A stretch of DNA of 64,000 nt from an uncultured Candidatus Saccharibacteria bacterium (GTDB lineage Bacteria; Patescibacteriota; Minisyncoccia; Phycocordibacterales; UBA5272), in NCBI GenBank assembly GCA_964512315.1, contig CAZEIK010000001.1:20408-84407 (forward strand). Direction: 5' to 3'. Under the pieces are notes generated by a model that saw only the letters and a program-made list of their open reading frames with translations, was not told where the DNA came from and did not search any database. Each line of letters begins with the position of its first letter. Positions within the stretch are counted from its first letter, which is position 1. Below are positions 28,815 through 38,667 of the stretch, in pieces. The position numbers were made by a program, and so were the translations under genes.

Positions 28815-29234
28815 ATGAATAAAATAACAGTTAAAACGGTTGTTAATTGTGACCTAGAAAAAACTTGGGAATATTTTACTAATCCAATACATATTAATAA
28901 TTGGTGCCACGCTTCGTCTGACTGGGCTGCAAAAGATGCCGAGAATGACTTGCGTATTGGTGGCAGATTCAAAACTACAATGTATGCAATTGACGGTAGT
29001 GCAAGTTTTGACTTTGGTGGGGTGTATGATGGGGTGGATTTAAAAAAGTCTTATTCTTATACAATGGATGGAGATGACAAAAGACAGGTGTCAGTGATGT
29101 TTAGCTCTATTAATGAGGCAACAACTGAAGTCGTTGAAACTTTTGACCCAGAGAATATTAACAACGAAGAGAGGCAGCAACAAGGATGGCAGGCTATATT
29201 AGATAACTTTAAATCCTATACAGAGAGTAATTAA
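28815..29234 (+). CDS. SRPBCC/AHSA1 domain protein
   Basis: W..FT.P.HI..W, DLRIGGRF, QQQGWQAILDNFK. Confidence 0.9.
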   Translation: MNKITVKTVVNCDLEKTWEYFTNPIHINNWCHASSDWAAKDAENDLRIGGRFKTTMYAIDGSASFDFGGVYDGVDLKKSYSYTMDGDDKRQVSVMFSSINEATTEVVETFDPENINNEERQQQGWQAILDNFKSYTESN

Positions 29235-29249
29235 TATCTTTTTATTTAA

Positions 29250-29561
29250 TTAATTTTTAAGATCTGTGAAATTTTGTCCCCACTGCCAGCGTGGTGTTTC
29301 GCCTTTCCAGTAGCATATTATTATTAGAATAATCAGAGCAAAGAAAGTTTGTATGACAAATGGTCTTATGGTGTCACTGTTTGAATGTGACACAGAGTCT
29401 AGTCTGAGAAAATTCCAAAACTCGAAAACTACAAAAGCTAGAATTACTAGCCATCCTTGCCAAGAGACAGGTATCCATCCCCAGCCATAGAGTTTTCTTT
29501 TAAACCAGAGATTTTTAGGATTGTCATTAATATATTCCCAATATTGTTTCAACATATACAC
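29250..29561 (-). CDS. Conserved hypothetical membrane protein
   Basis: WFKRKLYGWGW.P..WQGW, KGE.PRWQWG, two TM segments. Confidence 0.75.
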   Translation of the reverse strand: MYMLKQYWEYINDNPKNLWFKRKLYGWGWIPVSWQGWLVILAFVVFEFWNFLRLDSVSHSNSDTIRPFVIQTFFALIILIIICYWKGETPRWQWGQNFTDLKN

Positions 29562-29652
29562 AAGTCTATTCCGTTTGTTATTAAATTACAATTAATATTT
29601 TACTTAATCACAGGTTGGTTGATGCGAGTGATGCTATAATCAAAATAGCATT

Positions 29653-31980
29653 ATGAAAGAAGAAAAAGCTTTTGAGAAGTACGTAAGAGCGGCTAATTAT
29701 TTGTCAGCAGCTCAGATTTTCTTGCAGGATAATTTTCTTCTGAAGAGGCCGCTGAAGTTCTCGGACATTAAGCCGAGACTGCTCGGTCACTGGGGTACTG
29801 CGCCAGGTGTGAATCTGGTATATGCGCATTTAAATAGGCTAGTAAGAGATAATGACCAGGAGATGATTTTTGTACTTGGCCCAGGGCATGGCTTTGCAGC
29901 ACTGCAGGCTAATCTTTTTATGGAGGGGACATTAAGTAAGTATTATCCAGAGTATCCAAGGGATGTGGATGGTATGAGCAAGATGATAAAGATGTTCAGC
30001 TGGCCTTACGGATTCCCAAGCCATACTAATCCTGGTACGCCTGGGGCAATATTAGAAGGAGGAGAGCTGGGCTACTCATTGTCTACCGCTTATGGGGCAG
30101 TACTAGATAATCCTAACTTAATAGCAGCGGTGTTAGTTGGTGATGGCGAAGCAGAGACAGGACCACTAGCTACTTCGTGGCATATTAACAAATTCATAGA
30201 CCCAAAGACATGTGGCACGGTGCTACCTATATTGCATAGGAATGGATATAAGATCTCGGGGCCAACTATTTTTGGTAGAATGAGTGAAGAAGAATTGGAG
30301 GCACTGTTTACTGGTTATGGATATCATCCTTATTTTGTTTCGGGAGGTAAAAATGTTCATCGTGACCTGTCTGCGACACTGGATAAATGTTACAAAGAGA
30401 TACAAAAAATAAAGTCACAAGATGGGGATTTTGTTCCACGCTTCCCAATGATTATATTAACTACTGAAAAGGGTGAAGGTGGTGTAAAAGAGTTAAACGG
30501 AAGAAAAGTAGAAGGCAATTTTGCTTCGCATCAAGTGGTATTAACTGATGCTAACAATAGCAAAGAGCAGTTAGTGATGTTAGAAGAGTGGCTGAAGAGT
30601 TATAAATTTGAGGAGCTGTTCGACGAGGAGGTTGGCTTCTGCGAGGAGATAGAGTCACTAATACCCAAGTCAGAAAGAAGAATAGGTAATAATAGGCAAT
30701 GCTTCGGCGGTGAAGCGGTGTGTAAGGACTTATTCTTGCCTGATATAACGCCAGATGCAGTACAAGTTGTAGCTCCAGGCGATAACTCGTCTAGTAACAT
30801 GCGTGCAGCAGGAGCTTATCTAAAGCGTGTAATTGAGATGAATGAAGTATCTAAAAATTTTAGAGTATTTTCTCCAGATGAGACTTATTCCAATAAGCTT
30901 GATGCTATTTTCCAGAAGACCACTAGGCAATTCTTATGGCCAATCAAAAAGCAAGACGAAGACATGTCTAGGAGCGGTAGGGTCATAGAGATGTTGAGCG
31001 AGCATTCACTGCAAGGCATGATGCAAGGTTATATATTAACGGGCAGGCATGCAGTGTTCCCATCTTATGAGGCATTTGTTCAGATCGTTAGTAGTATGGC
31101 TGATCAATACGCCAAGTTCATTAGAGTCGCAAGAGAGATACCGTGGCGTGGGCATGTGGCCTCTCTTAATTATATTCTAACTAGCCCAGGCTGGGCTCAG
31201 GAGCATAATGGCTTCTCACATCAGAATCCTGGCTTCATAGATACTGTATTACAAAAACACGGCTCATTTGTTCATGTCTATTTCCCGACAGACAGAAATA
31301 GTACATTAGTAGTACTTGAAAAGTGTCTCGCTTCCAAGGAAGGCATTAACTTAATTGTCTCAGGTAAGGCCGATACCCCTGAGTGGCTCAATTTGGACCA
31401 AGCTAGAAAAATGGGAGATATGGGTCTAGCCATATGGGACTTTGCTAGCGATCAGAATCCAGATATTGTCTTTGCGGCAGTGGGTGACTATTTAACCAGG
31501 GAGTGCTTGGCAGCTATAATGATTTTGAAAGAAGATGTAGAGGGTATTCGTTTGAGGTTTGTAAATATTTTAGAACTGACTGCACTATTGCCTCAGAATG
31601 GTAAAAGATTTGAAAGTTTTAATAATTATTTTACTGAAGATAAGCCAGTTATAATAAATTTTCATGGTTATCCAGAGACTATAAAACAAATACTTTTTGA
31701 TATGGGTAGTGCGGCGGGCCGTATGTATATACATGGATACTTAGAGAGCGGGTCAACGACTACGGCTTTTGATATGCAAGTTCGTAATGAGACAAGTCGT
31801 TATCACCTAGCAATGCAGACCTTAGATATTTTGTATAAAAAGGGAGAGCTAAGCTCAGACTTGTATCAGAATCTTAAAAATAAATATAAACTTATACTCG
31901 AGGAACACCGTAAATATATTATTGAAAATGGTGAAGACCCAGAATTTATATCAAAATGGAAATGGAGAAAAATATATTAG
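29653..31980 (+). CDS. xfp: Phosphoketolase (XFP family)
   Basis: RLLGHWGT, GPGHG, EGGELGY, GDGEAETG, SPDET, HNGFSHQNPG. Confidence 0.96.
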   Translation: MKEEKAFEKYVRAANYLSAAQIFLQDNFLLKRPLKFSDIKPRLLGHWGTAPGVNLVYAHLNRLVRDNDQEMIFVLGPGHGFAALQANLFMEGTLSKYYPEYPRDVDGMSKMIKMFSWPYGFPSHTNPGTPGAILEGGELGYSLSTAYGAVLDNPNLIAAVLVGDGEAETGPLATSWHINKFIDPKTCGTVLPILHRNGYKISGPTIFGRMSEEELEALFTGYGYHPYFVSGGKNVHRDLSATLDKCYKEIQKIKSQDGDFVPRFPMIILTTEKGEGGVKELNGRKVEGNFASHQVVLTDANNSKEQLVMLEEWLKSYKFEELFDEEVGFCEEIESLIPKSERRIGNNRQCFGGEAVCKDLFLPDITPDAVQVVAPGDNSSSNMRAAGAYLKRVIEMNEVSKNFRVFSPDETYSNKLDAIFQKTTRQFLWPIKKQDEDMSRSGRVIEMLSEHSLQGMMQGYILTGRHAVFPSYEAFVQIVSSMADQYAKFIRVAREIPWRGHVASLNYILTSPGWAQEHNGFSHQNPGFIDTVLQKHGSFVHVYFPTDRNSTLVVLEKCLASKEGINLIVSGKADTPEWLNLDQARKMGDMGLAIWDFASDQNPDIVFAAVGDYLTRECLAAIMILKEDVEGIRLRFVNILELTALLPQNGKRFESFNNYFTEDKPVIINFHGYPETIKQILFDMGSAAGRMYIHGYLESGSTTTAFDMQVRNETSRYHLAMQTLDILYKKGELSSDLYQNLKNKYKLILEEHRKYIIENGEDPEFISKWKWRKIY

Positions 31981-33113
31981 TTCTAAATATCGGTAGCTCA
32001 TCTAAAAAGTATTCGCTCTTTAGTGGCGACAAGCATTTGTATTCTGCACATTTTGAAAAAGTTGGTGATGGGTATGTAGTTAAGTATGGTATAGAAAATG
32101 AAGTCGCTTCTAATGCTTTTGAATACGGCGAGGCCGTTGAGTGTTTCTATAAAAAGGTTAATGGATTGGGGTTTGTAAAAGATAGACTTGATGTTGACCT
32201 TGTCGCCATTCGTGTCGTTGCTCCTGGGACAAAATTCCAACAAAATTGTCTAGTTGATGACGTGTACATATCGTCACTGGGAGAGGTTGCTGCTGATGGT
32301 TACTTGCATGCACAAATAGTTCAAGAGGAGATAGTGAAAGTTAGAAAGTTTTTAAATGAAGTTAAGATTGTTGCAGTCTCAGACAGTGCATTCCATTCTA
32401 ATCTGCCTCGAGTCTCTCGAAATTATGCATTACCAAAAAATATTATAGAAGAAAATGACTTGTATCGTTTCGGTTATCATGGGCTATCTGTAGCAGCTGC
32501 GGCTAGATTTTTAAAAAGTGTTAACAGATTAGAAAGTAGAGCTATAGTGTGCCACCTCGGTAGTGGTGCAAGTGTGACAGCATTGATTAATGGTCGTAGT
32601 GTAGACACTAGTATGGGATATGCTCCATTCGACGGGTTAATCATGAGCTCGAGGTCCGGTAATGTTGATCCTGGTGCAGTGTTAAAGTTATCTAAAAAGT
32701 ATAGCCCAAATGAAATAGAAAATATTTTGTATAAAGATAGCGGACTCTTGGCTATAAGTAACATATCCAAAGATATGAGGGACCTCCTGGCTCTGGAGCA
32801 GAAGGGAGACAAGAATGCTGAGCTTGCAATTAACTCTTTTGTTTATTCTGTTAAGAAGTATATTGGTGCCTATGCTGCAGCTATGGGTGGAGTAGATGCG
32901 ATAGTATTCTCAGGCACAATGGGTATAAGGTCGGAGCCAATCAGGAGACGCATTTGCTCTAGTATGAAGTTTTTAAATATTGAATTAGATCAAGACAAAA
33001 ACAAAGAAGGTCAATTCAATAAAAACACCTCTACAGAAAAGTCCGTTCCAGTTTATCTTGTAGAAACAGATGAAGCCAAAGAGATGGCGTTAGTTGCTCT
33101 TTCCTTTTTGTAG
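31956..33113 (+). CDS. ackA: Acetate/propionate kinase
   Basis: LNIGSSSKK, RFGYHGLS, CHLGSGAS, DTSMG, TDE. Confidence 0.9.
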   Translation: MEMEKNILVLNIGSSSKKYSLFSGDKHLYSAHFEKVGDGYVVKYGIENEVASNAFEYGEAVECFYKKVNGLGFVKDRLDVDLVAIRVVAPGTKFQQNCLVDDVYISSLGEVAADGYLHAQIVQEEIVKVRKFLNEVKIVAVSDSAFHSNLPRVSRNYALPKNIIEENDLYRFGYHGLSVAAAARFLKSVNRLESRAIVCHLGSGASVTALINGRSVDTSMGYAPFDGLIMSSRSGNVDPGAVLKLSKKYSPNEIENILYKDSGLLAISNISKDMRDLLALEQKGDKNAELAINSFVYSVKKYIGAYAAAMGGVDAIVFSGTMGIRSEPIRRRICSSMKFLNIELDQDKNKEGQFNKNTSTEKSVPVYLVETDEAKEMALVALSFL

Positions 33114-33130
33114 AACTATACTTATAAATT

Positions 33131-33838
33131 ATGGAAGCAAGAAAAGAGAATCAAGAGTTCGAGTTACTTTGCGCGCAATTAAATGACCCGAAAGTTCTTG
33201 AAGATTATAAACATTGTGATGATAATTATCGTCCAGCATTAGTGCCTAGGATGCTGGGCAAATTACTTGTAACCGCTGGTAACATTGTATATGGTTACAA
33301 GTCATCGTATTTAAAATTTAGAGCAGTGGAGGTTATTGCTCGCGTTCCTTATCATTCTTGGGACTCGGCAATGTTCACACTTCAGACAATGTTCTACTCT
33401 AATGAGAACAAGGCAATGCAATTATCTAAAATAGCCGAGTTCTCAAGAGTGGCAGCAGAGAATGAGACCATGCATGTAATAGTTATATCTAGCATTGCCA
33501 AAAAGGAGCACAAACGTGCTGGTATATTGAGGCACACTGTTATACCGATGTTATTCGCATTCTTCTATTTCTGGATGTCATATTTCTTATATATGATAAA
33601 GCCTAGATATTCATATGAGCTTAATTATCTTTTTGAACAACACGCATTCGACTCTTACAGTGAATTCTTAGAGCTTGATGGAGAGTCTTTAAAAAAGAAA
33701 ACAGTAGATAGTGAATTCTTGAGATGGTACGGACGCAATCCGATAAGTCAGTATGACTTTTTCTTGTCGGTTCGTAACGATGAGATAATACACAGAAATA
33801 CTTCTATAAGAGAGATTGAAAGAGTGGAGAGTATCTAA
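33131..33838 (+). CDS. Alternative oxidase (AOX/PTOX)-like di-iron carboxylate protein
   Basis: EVIARVPY, ENETMH, FEQHAFDSY, DEIIH match the AOX iron-ligand pattern. Confidence 0.8.
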   Translation: MEARKENQEFELLCAQLNDPKVLEDYKHCDDNYRPALVPRMLGKLLVTAGNIVYGYKSSYLKFRAVEVIARVPYHSWDSAMFTLQTMFYSNENKAMQLSKIAEFSRVAAENETMHVIVISSIAKKEHKRAGILRHTVIPMLFAFFYFWMSYFLYMIKPRYSYELNYLFEQHAFDSYSEFLELDGESLKKKTVDSEFLRWYGRNPISQYDFFLSVRNDEIIHRNTSIREIERVESI

Positions 33839-33879
33839 ATACAAAAAGTCGCCCGCGGAGCGGGCGACTTTTTGTATTT
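33837..33879. terminator. 20-bp perfect inverted repeat, bidirectional terminator
   Basis: AAATACAAAAAGTCGCCCGC-gga-GCGGGCGACTTTTTGTATTT. Confidence 0.85.
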
Positions 33880-33881
33880 TA

Positions 33882-34376
33882 TTATTTATAATGATCGCGT
33901 ATCTCGAACAATATATAGAAACCAATAAGAGCACTAACAAAAGTTCCTACAAATCCACCAAACATCAAAACCATACTGACGACACCACTTATTACACTAA
34001 GTATCTCACTGTAAAAAGCATAATCCCAACCTTTCTTTGTTCTGGCTGCCAGTCCCTTGTAAGCCATCAATAAGAATATTGCAGAAGCAAGAGATATTAA
34101 CAGAACTACAAGTAATGGTAAGCTGGCTCCCAGACTTAACACTGTTAATCCTGCTGTTAAGATCCCTCCTGTAGCAAGACCGATAACACCCAATATTCCA
34201 AACACTAGAGCGACGTAAGGAGAAACATCTACTAAGAATTTTCTTCCACCCTCGGGTAAGTGTGGAAAGTTTTTAAAGAAGTCCGCAAGAACAGACTCTA
34301 ATTTGCTAGCATGAGAGTGCACCTTGTGATGCATGTTCTCATGTGAAGCATGTTCATGATTTGTTGTATTTTCCAT
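33882..34376 (-). CDS. Conserved hypothetical membrane protein with His-rich N-terminus
   Basis: PHLPEGGRKFLV, KKGW, FYILFEIR; several TM segments. Confidence 0.75.
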   Translation of the reverse strand: MENTTNHEHASHENMHHKVHSHASKLESVLADFFKNFPHLPEGGRKFLVDVSPYVALVFGILGVIGLATGGILTAGLTVLSLGASLPLLVVLLISLASAIFLLMAYKGLAARTKKGWDYAFYSEILSVISGVVSMVLMFGGFVGTFVSALIGFYILFEIRDHYK

Positions 34377-34400
34377 AATATTTAAAGTATACTACAATTC

Positions 34401-35108
34401 ATGGAACAAGTACTTCTACCTTTACACTTACTAAGTTTATTATATTGTATCGTTACAATAATACGTTCTGACCTGTTGGGGTCTAAATGGTTACGCGGCA
34501 AAATAGATACGATAAATAAAGACAAATTACAAAGCCTACACAAGCAAGCTTGGATAGGATTAATATTAATGATAGCCACAGGCTCGGTATTGTTCTATCA
34601 AAGTATGGACGTGTTACTTGCTTCAGCACCATTCTATGTCAAAATGGCGTGTGTTCTGGCATTAGTAATAAATGCTTTTGCAATAGGCAGGCTAATGAAA
34701 GTTGCTACAGAAAAGAAGTTCTCAGAAGTAAGTAAGGAGGTAAAGGTTAAATTATTTGTATCAGGGTTTGTTTCTATATTTTGTTGGATAATGGCAGCCA
34801 CAGCCGCATTCTTTATCTTGCCTGAAGGTGAAGATGCTGTACTTCCTATAATAGACAATCAATCAACAACAAAAACTTTTACACTAGCTGAAGTTGCTAC
34901 ACACGGAGGAGAGGACAGTTGTTATACAGCGATCAATGGTAATGTATACGACATAACAAAATACATATCATTGCATCCGGGAGGCAAGACTGCAATTATG
35001 AGAGTTTGTGGTAATGATGGAACTGCAACATTTACTCGTAAGCATGGTGACGATGAGAAGCCAAATTTGATTTTACGCAGCATGCAAGTAGGGGTGCTTA
35101 CTCAATAA
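34401..35108 (+). CDS. Membrane protein with C-terminal cytochrome b5-like heme-binding domain
   Basis: 4 TM, then FTLAEVATH...VYDITKY...HPGG...G.DGT..F...H. Confidence 0.85.
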   Translation: MEQVLLPLHLLSLLYCIVTIIRSDLLGSKWLRGKIDTINKDKLQSLHKQAWIGLILMIATGSVLFYQSMDVLLASAPFYVKMACVLALVINAFAIGRLMKVATEKKFSEVSKEVKVKLFVSGFVSIFCWIMAATAAFFILPEGEDAVLPIIDNQSTTKTFTLAEVATHGGEDSCYTAINGNVYDITKYISLHPGGKTAIMRVCGNDGTATFTRKHGDDEKPNLILRSMQVGVLTQ

Positions 35109-35110
35109 AT

Positions 35111-35497
35111 ATGAAAGCTGTAGTTAACTTTTTCGACAAATTAGAAGATCATGTAAGAGGAGGACTCTCTAAATATCCACTTATATACTCTTTCTTTGGG
35201 GGCACTGGTGTTATCTTGTTTTGGAGAGGGCTTTGGCATAGCGCAGACTGGTTAGAAAGTAACACATTGTATGGCGAAGTGCTTTTTTCTAATGTTGGGT
35301 CAATGCTTTTGGGTATAGTTCTATTGCTTATTACTGGCTTATTCGTGTCTGTTTTTATTGGAGACAGCATAATCATGACAGGCGTTAAGCATGAAAAGAA
35401 ATTGACCGAAAAAACAGAAGACGAAATAGAAGAGGAAAAATTAGAGCTACTACATCTTCACAAAGACTTAGAGGACATAAAAGATAAGTTGAATTAA
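35111..35497 (+). CDS. Conserved hypothetical membrane protein
   Basis: FFDKLED.VR..LS.YP, LFWRG.WH, FIGD; coiled-coil tail. Confidence 0.75.
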   Translation: MKAVVNFFDKLEDHVRGGLSKYPLIYSFFGGTGVILFWRGLWHSADWLESNTLYGEVLFSNVGSMLLGIVLLLITGLFVSVFIGDSIIMTGVKHEKKLTEKTEDEIEEEKLELLHLHKDLEDIKDKLN

Positions 35498-36144
35498 TGA
35501 GCAACTGTAAAAGCTATCACACTTTTTACACCGCTTGGAATCAATAACTTTCTTATTTCGTAAAGAGTAACACCGGTTGTGGTTATGTCATCAATGATTA
35601 TTACGTCTTTATTTTTAATTTCTTCTAAAAATTGATCGTTAACAGTAAAAGAGTTTTCTATTTCTATTTTCCTTTCGTCTATATTTTGAGTTTTGAAAAG
35701 CTTGTTGGTATTTTTGGTTCTAGTTAATGCATCGCAAATCTTAAAATTATTGTTCCCATTCGCTAGGCCGCCTGCTACAGACAGCGCCTGGTTATAACCT
35801 CTTTCTGAGAGTCTTGATTTTGATATTGGGACGGGGATGAGTAAGAATTGTCCATCTTTTACTTTTTGTTTTAAGTGGTCACGTGAGTATTGTCCTAAAA
35901 TATATCCAAGTTCCTCAACGTGATCATACTTTAACTTGAAAAGAAGTTTCCTTACGTCACTGTCTTCGTAGGAGTATTTGCTATGTATCCAGTCTGGTAG
36001 TGTTCGATGGTTTAGCTTAAGTCTGGACTCACACTCTTCACATAATAGATAATTATATTTGTCACACAAAATACAAAATTTTGGGAATAATAATTTACTT
36101 AAAATGCTTAGAAGTTTTGTTAAGCTCACAATAAAAGTATACAA
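35494..36144 (-). CDS. comF: ComF family protein
   Basis: LFP..C..C...C..C, PVP, ERGYNQA, IIDDITTTGVTL. Confidence 0.9.
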   Translation of the reverse strand: MYTFIVSLTKLLSILSKLLFPKFCILCDKYNYLLCEECESRLKLNHRTLPDWIHSKYSYEDSDVRKLLFKLKYDHVEELGYILGQYSRDHLKQKVKDGQFLLIPVPISKSRLSERGYNQALSVAGGLANGNNNFKICDALTRTKNTNKLFKTQNIDERKIEIENSFTVNDQFLEEIKNKDVIIIDDITTTGVTLYEIRKLLIPSGVKSVIAFTVAH

Positions 36145-36209
36145 GAAAAGCCTTATTTAAATAAGTTTTTCAGCTTTAATTCGAGTGCTTTTTGTGGTAT
36201 AATCTTCGA

Positions 36210-38654
36210 ATGTCATTAATTTCTAAAATATTCCCTAGCGAAGACTCACGCACCATAAAAAAGCTTGAGCCAACAGTGAAAAAAATCCTGGATCTAGAAG
36301 AAGAGCTCAAGGCTCTATCTGATGAGGAGCTTAAGCAGAAGTCTCTAAGCTTGCGTGACAAGATACGCGCAGCTGAGCACAAGTCTAAAGAGTTAGACGA
36401 TAATATACATATTGCTTTTGCTCTATGTCGTGAAGCAGCGAGACGTACGCTCGGCATGATGCATTATCGTGTACAGTTAATAGGAGGACTATTAATTCAC
36501 AAAGGACACATAGCGGAGATGCGTACAGGAGAGGGTAAGACATTAGTAGCCACACTTCCAGCTTATGCGAATGCGCTGGTAGGTGAGGGTGTACATGTTG
36601 TAACTGTGAATGATTATTTGTCACGTCGCGACGCAGTATGGATGGGTCAAGTGTACGCCGCACTTGGAGTTAGTGTTGGTATTATCAATCACGAGAAGAG
36701 TTACCTCTATACAGAAGTAATGAACAAAGAGGAGGATCGTGTTCGTGATGAGGCCGGTGGATACAAGGTTGAGTATGACTATCTTAAGACTGTAGACAGA
36801 AAAGATGCCTACAATGCAGATGTGACTTATGGAACCAATAATGAGTTTGGGTTCGACTACTTGCGCGATAATTTAGTGTATACAATGGAGGAGACTTCTC
36901 AGCGTGGACATTACTTTGCAATTGTTGACGAGGTGGACTCTATCTTGATCGACGAGTCTCGTACGCCGCTTATTATTTCTAATGCGGCTCGCGACAGTGA
37001 AGACTTATACAAGACTTTTGCAAACATCGCAGAGGGGTTAGTTAAAGATGTCGACTACACAGTAGACGAAAAGCAGAATGCAATTGCTATGACGGAGTCG
37101 GGTATTGCAAAGGCCGAGGCAAAATTAAGAGTACCGAGTCTTTATACCGCAGAAAATATGAAGCTGGTGCATCACTTAGAGACTGCGGTTAAAGCTAAGG
37201 CTTTATATATAAGAGAGAAGCAATATGTTGTGCGCGACAATGAAGTGATAATTGTAGATGAGTTCACTGGTCGTATGCAGCCAGGACGTCGCTGGTCAGA
37301 CGGGTTACACCAAGCGGTGGAGGCAAAGGAAAATGTAGAAGTTCAGAAAGAGTCTAGAACTGTTGCCTCTATTACTTTCCAGAATTATTTTAGATTCTAT
37401 AAGAAGCTTTCTGGTATGACAGGTACAGCTAAGACTAGTGCCGAAGAGTTCTACAAAGTATACGGTCTCGTGGTTACTACTGTCCCAACACATAACCCAA
37501 TCAAGCGTATCGACCACAGCGATCTTATTTATCAGACAGAAAAAGGTAAATTCAAAGCACTAGCTAAAAAAGTAAAAGAGTTAAACGACAAAGGTCAACC
37601 AGTTCTAATTGGTACTATTTCAATTGAGAACAATGAGATACTTTCTAAATATCTAGAGCGCGAAGGCATAACTCACTCAGTACTTAATGCTAAGAATCAC
37701 GAGAGAGAGGGGGAGATTATTGCTGATGCTGGTAAGCGTGGTGCAGTGACTATTGCAACTAACATGGCTGGTCGTGGAGTGGACATCAAGTTAGGTGGTG
37801 CCAATGCTACAAAAGATCAACATGATGAAGTAGAGGGCTTGGGCGGACTGTTTGTAATCGGTACAGAGCGTCATGAGGCACGTCGTATTGATAATCAGTT
37901 GCGTGGTCGCGCTGGTCGCCAAGGAGACAGAGGTGAGACACAATTCTATGTATCATTAGAAGACGATCTTATGCGTGTGTTCGGCTCTGACAGGATTAAG
38001 AGCATGATGGGCAAGTTCGGCATACCAGAAGATGAGGCAATATCTAACAAAATGGTATCGCGCGCTCTCGAGACAGCTCAAGAGAAGATAGAAGGTTATC
38101 ATTTTGATGCACGTAAGCACACATTGCAGTACGATGATGTGCTCAATCAGCAACGTACTAGTGTATACGACAGACGTCGTAAGGCTCTAGAGAATAATGT
38201 TAACTATATAGAAGAGGTCCTGAGTGATCTTTCTAAAGATGAGAAGGTTGCAACTATTATCAACGAAAAGCGTATCAAGTATCCAGCTGAGTTCAATTCT
38301 CTTGTTCGTGCTGTGTTACTTCAAATATATGACGTAGTGTGGATGGACCACCTGGAGCACATGGACAATCTTCGCCAGACTGTTAACCTGCGTGCATATG
38401 GTCAGCGTGACCCATTGGTAGAATACAAACGCGAAGGACTCTCAATGTACAAGCATTTAGACTCTAGAGTTAAGTCAGACCTGGCGGCGTTTATTACTCA
38501 CATGGACTCGGTTGTTATGCAAATGCGTATGGCTGAAGTATCTAAGACAAAAGATGCAGTTGGTGACCTGGGACGTAATGATCCATGCCCATGTGGTAGC
38601 GGTAAGAAGTTAAAGAAATGTGATTGTAAGGAGTACGCACATCTTAGAAATTAG
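36210..38654 (+). CDS. secA: Preprotein translocase subunit SecA
   Basis: EMRTGEGKT, DEVDSILIDE, TNMAGRG, RIDNQLRGR, SEC-C GRNDPCPCGSG. Confidence 0.98.
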   Translation: MSLISKIFPSEDSRTIKKLEPTVKKILDLEEELKALSDEELKQKSLSLRDKIRAAEHKSKELDDNIHIAFALCREAARRTLGMMHYRVQLIGGLLIHKGHIAEMRTGEGKTLVATLPAYANALVGEGVHVVTVNDYLSRRDAVWMGQVYAALGVSVGIINHEKSYLYTEVMNKEEDRVRDEAGGYKVEYDYLKTVDRKDAYNADVTYGTNNEFGFDYLRDNLVYTMEETSQRGHYFAIVDEVDSILIDESRTPLIISNAARDSEDLYKTFANIAEGLVKDVDYTVDEKQNAIAMTESGIAKAEAKLRVPSLYTAENMKLVHHLETAVKAKALYIREKQYVVRDNEVIIVDEFTGRMQPGRRWSDGLHQAVEAKENVEVQKESRTVASITFQNYFRFYKKLSGMTGTAKTSAEEFYKVYGLVVTTVPTHNPIKRIDHSDLIYQTEKGKFKALAKKVKELNDKGQPVLIGTISIENNEILSKYLEREGITHSVLNAKNHEREGEIIADAGKRGAVTIATNMAGRGVDIKLGGANATKDQHDEVEGLGGLFVIGTERHEARRIDNQLRGRAGRQGDRGETQFYVSLEDDLMRVFGSDRIKSMMGKFGIPEDEAISNKMVSRALETAQEKIEGYHFDARKHTLQYDDVLNQQRTSVYDRRRKALENNVNYIEEVLSDLSKDEKVATIINEKRIKYPAEFNSLVRAVLLQIYDVVWMDHLEHMDNLRQTVNLRAYGQRDPLVEYKREGLSMYKHLDSRVKSDLAAFITHMDSVVMQMRMAEVSKTKDAVGDLGRNDPCPCGSGKKLKKCDCKEYAHLRN

Positions 38655-38667
38655 TTAAAATATAAAC

